A stretch of 64,000 bases of DNA from positions 4,736,001-4,800,000 of the forward strand of contig CBDCNP010000002.1 of NCBI GenBank assembly GCA_965219415.1. Reading direction: 5' to 3'. The notes beneath the pieces are model-generated. The model was not told where the DNA came from. It saw only the letters and a program-made list of their open reading frames with translations, and searched no databases. This document shows positions 10,291 to 21,964 of this stretch, piece after piece. Each line of letters begins with the position of its first letter. Position 1 is the first letter of the stretch. A program made the position numbers and the translations under genes. Source of the DNA: Candidatus Marinacidobacterales bacterium (lineage in GTDB: Bacteria > Acidobacteriota > Vicinamibacteria > Marinacidobacterales > DATDRI01).

Positions 10291-10471
10291 GCCGCGAACC
10301 TGAGGTGGGACTGAAAGTCCGCGAGCTTCGCGATTCGTCTGAAAGTGTTGAAAGCGAGTCGGTTAGCAACATATTTTCGCTCTCCTTCGATCTATGGGAG
10401 CAAGTTGCCGAGCGGGTATCGCGAAAAGCGACCCATAAGCTACTGTTGAATCCGGCCTTCCGGGGTCGGCT
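10291..10471 (+). promoter_or_regulatory. CRISPR leader
   Basis: Between cas2 and the first repeat; GCGAACC...CTTCGC inverted motif typical of I-C leaders. Confidence 0.75.
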
Positions 10472-13400
10472 GTCTCCCCTCGCTTCGGCGGGGGGAGTGG
10501 ATTGAAACCCGCTTCGCTCAGTCGGTGAAGGAGCACGAGAACCGGGAGTCTCCCCTCGCTTCGGCGGGGGGAGTGGATTGAAACTGTACGGTCCGAAGGT
10601 ACTGCTCCAGAACATCAACGCGTCTCCCCTCGCTTCGGCGGGGGGAGTGGATTGAAACCATTCAACCCGCAGCCGCGACGACAGTGATAGTCAGGGTCTC
10701 CCCTCGCTTCGGCGGGGGGAGTGGATTGAAACACTTTAAAAACCGAGTGGAGCTCTAGTTCTTCCGGGACGTCTCCCCTCGCTTCGGCGGGGGGAGTGGA
10801 TTGAAACCTTTTTACCTGTTTGAGGTTTTACGAGTGGTCGCAAGTCTCCCCTCGCTTCGGCGGGGGGAGTGGATTGAAACCGACTTTTCACTACCGCGTC
10901 GCGGAGGACATCGAGTCTCCCCTCGCTTCGGCGGGGGGAGTGGATTGAAACTCGTAAATTCCCGCTTTGCGGAGGTGCACTCTCCAGGTCTCCCCTCGCT
11001 TCGGCGGGGGGAGTGGATTGAAACTACGAAAATCGCTTCGTATGGGTGGGCGGTTTCCAGTCTCCCCTCGCTTCGGCGGGGGGAGTGGATTGAAACTGCG
11101 AAGGCTACCGCAGCGCGCTGGTAAGGACGTAGGTCTCCCCTCGCTTCGGCGGGGGGAGTGGATTGAAACGCATCTTCGACAAGGAATCATTCCTTGCTCT
11201 CCAAATGTCTCCCCTCGCTTCGGCGGGGGGAGTGGATTGAAACCTACGATTTCGCGTGCGATGAATGCGGTACGGTCGGTAGTCTCCCCTCGCTTCGGCG
11301 GGGGGAGTGGATTGAAACAAGACGATGATGATTGCAGGCTCTTCCTCGGCTCGAGTCTCCCCTCGCTTCGGCGGGGGGAGTGGATTGAAACCAGTGAACG
11401 TATTTCACCGGAACCGGCTTCGAAAGGAGGTCTCCCCTCGCTTCGGCGGGGGGAGTGGATTGAAACAAAACGACAGATGCCGGCGATTACCTAGTGAGGG
11501 GTCTCCCCTCGCTTCGGCGGGGGGAGTGGATTGAAACGACACGAATTACCCGGCGATGCAGGGCTACTGGGAGTCTCCCCTCGCTTCGGCGGGGGGAGTG
11601 GATTGAAACAGGGTGGATCGAGGGGAAATCAGTTGATTACCTCAAGTCTCCCCTCGCTTCGGCGGGGGGAGTGGATTGAAACTCCCCCGCTACGATTGGC
11701 TTGGTCGGCCCGGAGACATAGTCTCCCCTCGCTTCGGCGGGGGGAGTGGATTGAAACTGTACTCGTCACCGATCAGGCCGAGGCCGATAAGGTCTCCCCT
11801 CGCTTCGGCGGGGGGAGTGGATTGAAACAGCGATCGTCGACGGCGAGCTGCGCGATACGTCCGACGTCTCCCCTCGCTTCGGCGGGGGGAGTGGATTGAA
11901 ACATGCCGGTCCGCATAGCGATGGCCCTACAGGAAGGTCTCCCCTCGCTTCGGCGGGGGGAGTGGATTGAAACCTTGATGAGAAATCAAGGCTAACTGGC
12001 GGTCCGTCGTCTCCCCTCGCTTCGGCGGGGGGAGTGGATTGAAACATTGTCAGCCGGTAGTTTGCGGGTACTTTCGAGAGGTCTCCCCTCGCTTCGGCGG
12101 GGGGAGTGGATTGAAACTCGAATGCGCGGTGGGACCCGCAGCACAGCAATAGTCTCCCCTCGCTTCGGCGGGGGGAGTGGATTGAAACCTGCCACTTGAT
12201 GAGCGGACGTGGATCGAAACGCGGTCTCCCCTCGCTTCGGCGGGGGGAGTGGATTGAAACCTTCATGCGTGCGTGTATACCAGGGTTGGCCACAGTCTCC
12301 CCTCGCTTCGGCGGGGGGAGTGGATTGAAACAGTCCTAGGGCCGCGGGGTCCATCGATCGGAATGTCTCCCCTCGCTTCGGCGGGGGGAGTGGATTGAAA
12401 CATCCTGTGAGCCGAGTGCTAGACAATGGGCCATGTCTCCCCTCGCTTCGGCGGGGGGAGTGGATTGAAACGTTGAGGGCAGGAGAGGCGCATGACTGAG
12501 TTCTGGTCTCCCCTCGCTTCGGCGGGGGGAGTGGATTGAAACTTGTCAGCTTTGCGACAAGTGCGCTTCGTTTTCGGTCTCCCCTCGCTTCGGCGGGGGG
12601 AGTGGATTGAAACGTCATGTACTCCACACTACACAAATGGAAGCGTTGTCTCCCCTCGCTTCGGCGGGGGGAGTGGATTGAAACACTGTGCCACGGTCTA
12701 TCCTTCCGTCAAGCAGCAGTCTCCCCTCGCTTCGGCGGGGGGAGTGGATTGAAACACTGTGCCACGGTCTATCCTTCCGTCAAGCAGCAGTCTCCCCTCG
12801 CTTCGGCGGGGGGAGTGGATTGAAACTCTTCCAAGTGTCCAGGGCGGATTCGGTCGAGGTGTCTCCCCTCGCTTCGGCGGGGGGAGTGGATTGAAACACG
12901 GAAGAGAAGCCGTACACGTGGTTTCAGCTCTGTCTCCCCTCGCTTCGGCGGGGGGAGTGGATTGAAACTTTCCGGTGGCGCCGAGCCTGTACTACTGTGC
13001 TGTCTCCCCTCGCTTCGGCGGGGGGAGTGGATTGAAACTTTCTCCCACTCAGCGCACCACCTCGGGACCGAGTCTCCCCTCGCTTCGGCGGGGGGAGTGG
13101 ATTGAAACGGGAGCTTCTTCCGGAGGCCCTCGAGGTCAACCAGTCTCCCCTCGCTTCGGCGGGGGGAGTGGATTGAAACACAAGAGCACCGCCAACTACG
13201 TCCCGTCGAGCAGCCGGTCTCCCCTCGCTTCGGCGGGGGGAGTGGATTGAAACATCGCGTGCTCCGAGCTACGCCAGATTGATCTCCTGTCTCCCCTCGC
13301 TTCGGCGGGGGGAGTGGATTGAAACAGCTAGAACCTGTTCGTCTATTCCGGTTTCGACCGTCTCCCCTCGCTTCGGCGGGGGGAGTGGATTGAAACGGTC

Positions 13401-16400
13401 TACGCGGGACCGAGCCCGCACGCCTATCCTCGTCTCCCCTCGCTTCGGCGGGGGGAGTGGATTGAAACGTGCTGGACCCGGCGGCGCCGTGGAATCCGGA
13501 CGGTCTCCCCTCGCTTCGGCGGGGGGAGTGGATTGAAACTGTTTTTTCCAGGTCGGAGACGTAGATCCATCCGCGGCGTCTCCCCTCGCTTCGGCGGGGG
13601 GAGTGGATTGAAACTGGTTTCCGGGCGAAGGGGCAGCGCGGCAAAAAGTCTCCCCTCGCTTCGGCGGGGGGAGTGGATTGAAACATCCTCTTGATGAGCT
13701 TGACGAAACCGATATCGCCGTCTCCCCTCGCTTCGGCGGGGGGAGTGGATTGAAACCAAGGTAGCGACCGCCGCGTCCGCAATGTGGAAAGCCGTCTCCC
13801 CTCGCTTCGGCGGGGGGAGTGGATTGAAACGATCTCCGTATCACTGAACGGAATCTCCGTCTCCGGGTCTCCCCTCGCTTCGGCGGGGGGAGTGGATTGA
13901 AACGTGGTTTAAAAAGTGTTTGTGGCTCGTCCAAGCGCGTCTCCCCTCGCTTCGGCGGGGGGAGTGGATTGAAACGCCGGCAAGGTCTATTTCGAAGGTG
14001 GAGAAAACGCGCTGTCTCCCCTCGCTTCGGCGGGGGGAGTGGATTGAAACAGGACACGGTTGTCCGCATCGAGCGCTTGTGCTCGTCTCCCCTCGCTTCG
14101 GCGGGGGGAGTGGATTGAAACCGCTTCCTCGAGCGCGTTCACAATCGGCCCGTAAAGTCTCCCCTCGCTTCGGCGGGGGGAGTGGATTGAAACAATGCGT
14201 ATTAGATCAATTAGATATATTAGATCCGTCTCCCCTCGCTTCGGCGGGGGGAGTGGATTGAAACTTTCGGTAAATCGCGCGCTGATGGGAAATCGTCCGG
14301 GTCTCCCCTCGCTTCGGCGGGGGGAGTGGATTGAAACGTCTCGGTGCACGGCCATAACATCCCGGCGGGCGGTCTCCCCTCGCTTCGGCGGGGGGAGTGG
14401 ATTGAAACCTGTTCGCCGCGCCGTTTCCAGTTGTAAAACGTCGTCGTCTCCCCTCGCTTCGGCGGGGGGAGTGGATTGAAACCCCCCGCGCTTGGTCGAG
14501 CCCTGCATCCTTGCTGGCACGTCTCCCCTCGCTTCGGCGGGGGGAGTGGATTGAAACATCGAGACCGGCCTCGTTGTGATCGCGGTCGTCTGGTCTCCCC
14601 TCGCTTCGGCGGGGGGAGTGGATTGAAACGTCGACCGGGCGATCGGGCAGTTGGATCGGATTCGTCTCCCCTCGCTTCGGCGGGGGGAGTGGATTGAAAC
14701 AAGCCGACCGCGGCGGACGCCATCACGATCCTCGACGTCTCCCCTCGCTTCGGCGGGGGGAGTGGATTGAAACCACTTTCCTTGACCTAGGAGAGCCTTC
14801 GACAGCACGTCTCCCCTCGCTTCGGCGGGGGGAGTGGATTGAAACTGTTTTTTCCAGGTCGGAGACGTAGATCCATCCGCGGCGTCTCCCCTCGCTTCGG
14901 CGGGGGGAGTGGATTGAAACTGGTTTCCGGGCGAAGGGGCAGCGCGGCAAAAAGTCTCCCCTCGCTTCGGCGGGGGGAGTGGATTGAAACTGTTTTTTCC
15001 AGGTCGGAGACGTAGATCCATCCGCGGCGTCTCCCCTCGCTTCGGCGGGGGGAGTGGATTGAAACTGTTTTTTCCAGGTCGGAGACGTAGATCCATCCGC
15101 GGCGTCTCCCCTCGCTTCGGCGGGGGGAGTGGATTGAAACTGGTTTCCGGGCGAAGGGGCAGCGCGGCAAAAAGTCTCCCCTCGCTTCGGCGGGGGGAGT
15201 GGATTGAAACATAATTAGCTCCGCTGGCCGCTTCTGGAGCGAAGCCGAGTCTCCCCTCGCTTCGGCGGGGGGAGTGGATTGAAACCGCTTGATAAAGTTC
15301 TCGTAGGCCGCTATCTCTGTTGTCTCCCCTCGCTTCGGCGGGGGGAGTGGATTGAAACTCAAGGCCATGCTCAAAGAAGGGCGGTTTTGGAAGTGTCTCC
15401 CCTCGCTTCGGCGGGGGGAGTGGATTGAAACTGGCGAATGTATCTTACCTCAAAGACCTGGTTCACGAGTCTCCCCTCGCTTCGGCGGGGGGAGTGGATT
15501 GAAACTGTTTTTTCCAGGTCGGAGACGTAGATCCATCCGCGGCGTCTCCCCTCGCTTCGGCGGGGGGAGTGGATTGAAACCGCTTGATAAAGTTCTCGTA
15601 GGCCGCTATCTCTGTTGTCTCCCCTCGCTTCGGCGGGGGGAGTGGATTGAAACTCAAGGCCATGCTCAAAGAAGGGCGGTTTTGGAAGTGTCTCCCCTCG
15701 CTTCGGCGGGGGGAGTGGATTGAAACTGGCGAATGTATCTTACCTCAAAGACCTGGTTCACGAGTCTCCCCTCGCTTCGGCGGGGGGAGTGGATTGAAAC
15801 GTGTTGGAGAAGTCGTCGCAGTATGAGAAGGTCCCGGTCGTCTCCCCTCGCTTCGGCGGGGGGAGTGGATTGAAACCTGACCGAGCATACAAAATATCGT
15901 CTAATCCTCCGGTCTCCCCTCGCTTCGGCGGGGGGAGTGGATTGAAACCTGTATCTGAGCGACCACCACAGCATTAACCAGGCGTCTCCCCTCGCTTCGG
16001 CGGGGGGAGTGGATTGAAACGTTGACTAGGTAGACTTGCCGCGCTTCCGCGGAGAGAGGATGTCTCCCCTCGCTTCGGCGGGGGGAGTGGATTGAAACCG
16101 GATCGGACTGTTAGGCCAGATGGCCGACGCAGGGTGTCTCCCCTCGCTTCGGCGGGGGGAGTGGATTGAAACCCGTAATTGAGGCGCCCCATCGGTCGTC
16201 CGGGTTGCTGTCTCCCCTCGCTTCGGCGGGGGGAGTGGATTGAAACCACCAACGAGGACGTAGAGGAGTGCCCTACTTTCAAGTCTCCCCTCGCTTCGGC
16301 GGGGGGAGTGGATTGAAACTAACAAGACAGCATCGCGTCCATGACGTTGCGCGAGTCTCCCCTCGCTTCGGCGGGGGTGACCCTGCCCGGGTTTTGTGGA

Positions 16401-16437
16401 CACCAATCGAGGCGCGACAATGCGCCTGGAGGCGTCC

Positions 16438-16734
16438 ATGGGAAAACGACGACGCAGGAAGTTCACGGGGGAGTTCAAGAAGGAAGCGGTCCGGTTGTTC
16501 AGGGAAGGCGAGCGCAGCATCGGCCAGGTCGCTAAGGAACTGGACCTGACGGAATCATCCCTTCGAAACTGGGTGAAACAATACAAAGTTGATCACGGTG
16601 AAGGTCCACGCGAGGCTCTGACGACGGCGGAACGTGATGAGCTGGGTTCGCTACGACGTCGAGTGCGCACGTTGGAGCAAGAGCGAGAAATATTAAAAAA
16701 GGCGGCGGCCTTCTTCGCGAAAGAAAGCGAATGA
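16438..16734 (+). CDS. IS3 transposase OrfA
   Basis: RRKFTGEFKKEAVRL...EREILKKAAAFF; A7G slippery site. Confidence 0.9.
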   Translation: MGKRRRRKFTGEFKKEAVRLFREGERSIGQVAKELDLTESSLRNWVKQYKVDHGEGPREALTTAERDELGSLRRRVRTLEQEREILKKAAAFFAKESE

Positions 16735-17609
16735 GATTCAATTTCATTCACGCGGAGCGGGCCAACTACCCGGTGCGGGTGATGTGCCGAGTCCTGAGGG
16801 TATCGACCAGCGGCTACTACGCTCAGATGAAGCGCGCGCCCAGCAAGCGACAGTGTGAGGATGGGAAGCTGAAGCTGCGCATCCAAGCGATCCACGCCCA
16901 TAGCCGTGGTACCTACGGCAGGGAGCGTGTACGTCGCCAGCTTGACGGAGAGAACGTCGAGGTGGGCAAGCAGCGAGTGGCACGGCTGATGCGTGAGATG
17001 GATCTGCAGGGCCTGCCCAGCAAGCGTTTTCGCCGCACGACTGACAGCAAGCACGATCGTCCTGTCGCACCCAACGTGCTCGGTCGGAACTTCGAAGCCG
17101 AACGACCGAACCAGTTCTGGGTGACGGACATAACCTTCATCCGGACTTGGGAAGGCTGGCTCTACTTGGCGGTCATCCTCGATCTGTTCTCGCGTCGTGT
17201 CGTCGGCTGGGCGATGCAGCCCCACCTGCGCGCGGAGCTTGCTCTCGAGGCGCTTCACATAGCCTTGGGGCGCCGCCTGCCGGAAAGTGGCTTGGTGCAT
17301 CATTCAGACCGTGGTACTCAATACACGGCTGCGACCTACCAGGCCGTGCTCGATGAGTACGGCATCGTGTGCTCGATGAGCCGCAAGGGTGATTGCTGGG
17401 ACAACGCCGTGACCGAGAGCTTCTTCGGCACACTCAAGACCGAACTCCTCCACCGACGTAGTTGGCCAACACGACGTATGGCCAAAGACGCGGTCGCGAG
17501 CTACATCGAGGGGTTCTACAATCCGTATCGACTCCACTCGTCACTCGATTACAACAGCCCAATGGTGTTCGAACGGATTCATGATCTCAAAACTGCTCAT
17601 GCGAGATAA
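16731..17609 (+). CDS. IS3 transposase OrfB (DDE)
   Basis: WVTDITFI, HHSDRGTQY, CWDNAVTESFFGTLKTE. Confidence 0.92.
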   Translation: MRFNFIHAERANYPVRVMCRVLRVSTSGYYAQMKRAPSKRQCEDGKLKLRIQAIHAHSRGTYGRERVRRQLDGENVEVGKQRVARLMREMDLQGLPSKRFRRTTDSKHDRPVAPNVLGRNFEAERPNQFWVTDITFIRTWEGWLYLAVILDLFSRRVVGWAMQPHLRAELALEALHIALGRRLPESGLVHHSDRGTQYTAATYQAVLDEYGIVCSMSRKGDCWDNAVTESFFGTLKTELLHRRSWPTRRMAKDAVASYIEGFYNPYRLHSSLDYNSPMVFERIHDLKTAHAR

Positions 17610-19328
17610 TCAACCTGTCCACTTTTCCTGGGCAAGGTCACGGGGAGTGGATTGAAACACCAATCGGACGCAGCATCTACCAAGTCCTTGTAGGGTCTCC
17701 CCTCGCTTCGGCGGGGGGAGTGGATTGAAACATATTACGTCGTTCCTGAAATGCTCCGTAGTGAAAGTCTCCCCTCGCTTCGGCGGGGGGAGTGGATTGA
17801 AACTGTACCCATACCTCGGTTTCGTGAAAATCATTTGTCGTCTCCCCTCGCTTCGGCGGGGGGAGTGGATTGAAACCTGGCACTTCGGGCTTCTGATGCC
17901 GCTCGCCTCGAGTCTCCCCTCGCTTCGGCGGGGGGAGTGGATTGAAACTTGAAGGCGTCGGCATTTTTGATCGCTTTCGTTTGGTCTCCCCTCGCTTCGG
18001 CGGGGGGAGTGGATTGAAACACGGATGCAGCACCGACGATGCCGATCCCTATTGTGGTCTCCCCTCGCTTCGGCGGGGGGAGTGGATTGAAACTCGTTCC
18101 CGATCCGTAGATCGCCGGCCTTGTTTCCGGTCTCCCTCGCTTCGGCGGGGGGAGTGGATTGAAACGTTTCGGTGGAACCGTTGATCGCCCCGGTCGATTT
18201 GTCTCCCCTCGCTTCGGCGGGGGGAGTGGATTGAAACATATTACGTCGTTCCTGAAATGCTCCGTAGTGAAAGTCTCCCCTCGCTTCGGCGGGGGGAGTG
18301 GATTGAAACATATTACGTCGTTCCTGAAATGCTCCGTAGTGAAAGTCTCCCCTCGCTTCGGCGGGGGGAGTGGATTGAAACTGTACCCATACCTCGGTTT
18401 CGTGAAAATCATTTGTCGTCTCCCCTCGCTTCGGCGGGGGGAGTGGATTGAAACTCAGCTCCGCCGAGTAGCCCATGAAATTGGCCGAGGTCTCCCCTCG
18501 CTTCGGCGGGGGGAGTGGATTGAAACTTCGAGGACCTGGCGGCGCCGGGTCTGGGGATGTCGTCTCCCCTCGCTTCGGCGGGGGGAGTGGATTGAAACGT
18601 TGCTCGTGGCGCTGGGCGATCCTCCGTGGACGTCTCCCCTCGCTTCGGCGGGGGGAGTGGATTGAAACTTTCCTGGCCCGTCGCCAATCCGACAGACACG
18701 AGTCTCCCCTCGCTTCGGCGGGGGGAGTGGATTGAAACGTTGCTCGTGGCGCTGGGCGATCCTCCGTGGACGTCTCCCCTCGCTTCGGCGGGGGGAGTGG
18801 ATTGAAACTTTCCTGGCCCGTCGCCAATCCGACAGACACGAGTCTCCCCTCGCTTCGGCGGGGGGAGTGGATTGAAACCTCGTGAACTTGTCGGAATCCT
18901 CCAGCAACTTGTTGTCTCCCCTCGCTTCGGCGGGGGGAGTGGATTGAAACCTAGACGTGCACGATGTCCGTGAGATTCCACGTTTGTCTCCCCTCGCTTC
19001 GGCGGGGGGAGTGGATTGAAACCCTTTTCGGTGGCGGCGGTGCAGCCGCTAGCGGTGGTCTCCCCTCGCTTCGGCGGGGGGAGTGGATTGAAACGTATAG
19101 CCCCACCTAATATGCAGAGCGCTTCATCGTCTCCCCTCGCTTCGGCGGGGGGAGTGGATTGAAACCATTCCGGCCAGATCGTCAGCACATTGGCGGGCAG
19201 TCTCCCCTCGCTTCGGCGGGGGGAGTGGATTGAAACAAGTACACCGAAAAGACGTAGCAACCCGGCTGCTCGTCTCCCCTCGCTTCGGCGGGGGGAGTGG
19301 ATTGAAACCGTCCAACGAATCGCCATCG

Positions 19329-19400
19329 CGTCCTGTGCCAAAACTCGGCCCTTTTGAAATAGACGATAAATCAGCAGCTTAGTGTCTGTGTTTTCGACCG
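19329..19400 (+). repeat. B end truncating the CRISPR array
   Basis: CGTCCTGTGCCAAAACTCGG begins about 20 nt into a spacer. Confidence 0.8.
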
Positions 19401-19413
19401 GACAGTGAGCGTG

Positions 19414-19935
19414 TTACTTCGGCCAGCAGCCGGATACGATCCGGCGCCGTTTGATGCGGGTCGCCTCGACCGTGTAGACCCAGGCGAGTTCCCGGACTCC
19501 GTGGACCGTGGCGGGCACCAGCACACGGCGGTACAAGCTGGAACCGCCTGGACGGAAGCCCTCCAGCCCGTCGATGGCAGGCAGGCGAGATTGTGGGTCG
19601 TCGAAGGTGAGCAGTTCCCCGTACACGGCGCCCCAGGCGCCCACTGTGGTGCTTTCGGAGACCGGTCGGGGACGCCACTGCCCGGACAGGCGCGCCTGTG
19701 TGCCCACGTCGGCTAGGGGGTCTCCAGTTCCGTGAGCGAGGATGTTCTCGTCGGGCACCTCAAGAACGGGGAAGCCGGGCCCTTCGAAGAGGCGGCCTCG
19801 AACTTGGGCCTCCTGGATCGCCAGCACGCCCCGGCAGAAGGGGTCGTGGTTCCAGTACCCGCGCTTGAGCGTCCCGTAGACGAAGAGTCTCAACACGCCG
19901 GAAGAGTTCTCTTTCGGAGATTCTCTGGGTTTCAC
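19414..19935 (-). CDS. Gamma-glutamylcyclotransferase (AIG2-like)
   Basis: LFVYGTLKRGYWNH, LEG...YRRV. Confidence 0.85.
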   Translation of the reverse strand: MKPRESPKENSSGVLRLFVYGTLKRGYWNHDPFCRGVLAIQEAQVRGRLFEGPGFPVLEVPDENILAHGTGDPLADVGTQARLSGQWRPRPVSESTTVGAWGAVYGELLTFDDPQSRLPAIDGLEGFRPGGSSLYRRVLVPATVHGVRELAWVYTVEATRIKRRRIVSGCWPK

Positions 19936-19964
19936 TCAGGAGTTGTCCTCCTGTCCGTGAAAGG

Positions 19965-20165
19965 TGACTTGACCCCACGGTTAGTACCACGTTGTATCTC
20001 AGTCATTCGGTGCTGACAATGGCTGGTTGAAGCAGGCGTAGCGGAGCCGGTTTCAACCAAATCGTTTCCGGCGCTGGCGGTCGGTAACCTAAAGAGCTGT
20101 GGGGTCTGAAGCGATTGAACTCTTGCCGCCACCTTTCGATCAATGCCTTGGCCTCCTTCAAGTGC
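19965..20165 (-). mobile_element. IS3-family right-end remnant
   Basis: EAKALIERWRQEFNRFRPHSSLGYRPP plus TGACTTGACCCC end; same end at about 27605-27713. Confidence 0.8.
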
Positions 20166-20340
20166 TCAGGGAAACAACGTCCAGAAACGGGATGCCAAAG
20201 GTGGTCATCTGCATGGTGACGACCCGCCCGCCCAAGACGATTGTAGAGCCCACGGCCCTTGACCCGGTCGCAAACACAGACACCAAGTTGCTGGATTTAT
20301 GGCCTATTTCAAAAGGGCCGAGTTTTGGCACAGGACGGGG

Positions 20341-20507
20341 TAAGGTCCCCTTCTACCAAGACAAGCAGAAGACGCCGTTGCACATCTTGATCGACAGCAG
20401 CGGTCTCGCTGTCCACGCCGGCCAGCTGCGCAGAGCACCAAAGAGCAGGGACTATCGCAAGCTCCATCTGTGTGTCGACGAGCAGACTGGCGAAGTCGTT
20501 GCCGGCG
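20341..20507 (+). pseudogene. IS5-family (IS903-like) transposase fragment, preceded by a B end (20200-20340)
   Basis: HILIDSSGL...YRKLHLCVDEQTGEVVA. Confidence 0.75.
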
Positions 20508-20518
20508 TGGTGGGGAAG

Positions 20519-21207
20519 GTTTCAATCCACTCCCCCCGCCGAAGCGAGGGGAGACTCGCAGAAGTCTTGCCTAGCGAAAACTCAACCGGAACGTTTCAAT
20601 CCACTCCCCCCGCCGAAGCGAGGGGAGACTAGACCTGAAGATTCGGGCTGAGGCGGCCCGGAAGGTTTCAATCCACTCCCCCCGCCGAAGCGAGGGGAGA
20701 CTAGACCTGAAGATTCGGGCTGAGGCGGCCCGGAAGGTTTCAATCCACTCCCCCCGCCGAAGCGAGGGGAGACCAGCGACGCCGCGGCCGCGGCCGTCCC
20801 CCCGACGAAAGTTTCAATCCACTCCCCCCGCCGAAGCGAGGGGAGACAGGCGATCACATCGCAGCAAGTGGGCCGAATGGAGTTTCAATCCACTCCCCCC
20901 GCCGAAGCGAGGGGAGACGGGTTATCTGCTAGCCAATTGCAAAAAGTTATGCAGGTTTCAATCCACTCCCCCCGCCGAAGCGAGGGGAGACCGCAATAAA
21001 ACTGACTATGTTGGCGCAATATCGTATGTTTCAATCCACTCCCCCCGCCGAAGCGAGGGGAGACTCGGCGCTGCGCACCAACGACAGGATATTGTTAACG
21101 TTTCAATCCACTCCCCCCGCCGAAGCGAGGGGAGACCGTGGGAATAGACACCTCGGAGCTGTCGCGGGACGTTTCAATCCACTCCCCCCGCCGAAGCGAG
21201 GGGAGAC
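20519..21207 (-). CRISPR. Inverted, apparently leaderless block of the I-C array: 10 repeats, 9 spacers
   Basis: Exact reverse complement of the 37-bp repeat; one tandem spacer duplication. Confidence 0.97.
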
Positions 21208-21384
21208 GGCGCTCGTCTCTCGTCATTGTCAAGGTGAACCGCGTCGTGTCCAAGAACACAAATGAACTCAAGACCCGCACGCCGCCGATATCATCGTTAG
21301 TAGGGGGCGATGCCGTTCGCCGACTGATGGAGACCAAGAGCGAGCGTGGCCGCGGCCGCGGGTTGGCTTACAGCGTGACCTGCC

Positions 21385-21600
21385 TCACAGCGTTGCGACG
21401 AGGGCACGCTGCTCCTCCCAATCGTCGGGAAGTGGATGATGGAGGAGGTAGCTCGATGTCAGCCCAACGGGCTGGCGACCGTCCACAATGGCGCGGACGA
21501 TGTCGGGGGCCATGAAGGCATAGCCGATGGCCTTGCGCACGCGGGCCTTTGGGATGGCGTCTTCGGTGGCAATCTCCTCATAGGTTTTGCCCGCAGAGGG
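21385..21600 (-). pseudogene. C-terminal fragment of a large serine recombinase-like protein
   Basis: AFMAPDIVRAIVDGRQP...LPDDWEEQR. Confidence 0.65.
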
Positions 21601-21652
21601 CGTTGGCGATATTGCGCAGGAGGGTGCGGTCAACCGATTTTAGGGAGTTGCC

Positions 21653-21818
21653 GGTGCTTGCGCTGTTTGCTGTTGGTGATGTGTACGTATCCCATTGCAA
21701 AAAAAGCGCTTACGCTCCATTTAGCGCGCGGCGAAGGTCGCGAGCGCTATTTTGGCTGTAATTTAATGCAGCGTAAAGTCTTAGCGTCATCTCACCAACA
21801 GCCAACAGCGCAAGCACC
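21653..21818. mobile_element. MITE 'A' (both ends of the GGTGCTTGCGCTG type)
   Basis: 27-bp near-perfect TIR. Confidence 0.8.
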
Positions 21819-21964
21819 CGGTGCCACCCACAGAGACTATCGTCGGCTGGTCTCCGTGAATTTCGAGAACGCCTCCAGGATTCGAGATTTCGGCTCCGTT
21901 CGCATTTTCGGACACGACGGGTCAGGTCAACTGGTCGGCCGTGCTTCGGCTACTCACCCAACTT

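Larger units (their letters stand above)
16378..17640 (+). mobile_element. IS3-family element inserted in a CRISPR repeat
   Basis: TGACCCTGCCCGGG...CCTGGGCAAGGTCA inverted ends, flanked by the two halves of one repeat. Confidence 0.95.
10472..19308 (+). CRISPR. Type I-C array, 37-bp repeat GTCTCCCCTCGCTTCGGCGGGGGGAGTGGATTGAAAC, about 105 repeats and 104 spacers
   Basis: Counted by eye; repeat 82 split by IS3; one 36-bp variant near 18130; ends in a truncated spacer at 19309-19328. Confidence 0.98.

Noticed and set aside
12189-12223. Self-targeting spacer against the IS1 TIR (CACTTGATG.GCGGA)
   Set aside because: Only a short gapped match; no full-length self-match noticed in the window
2230-19308. 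CRISPR-associated transposon
   Set aside because: No TnsA/B/C or TniQ; Cas3 is intact; nearby transposases are ordinary IS types
10472-21207. Long ORFs (up to 409 aa) across the CRISPR arrays
   Set aside because: They are translations of the repeat (FQSTPPAEARGD etc.), not genes; the same applies at 59930-64000
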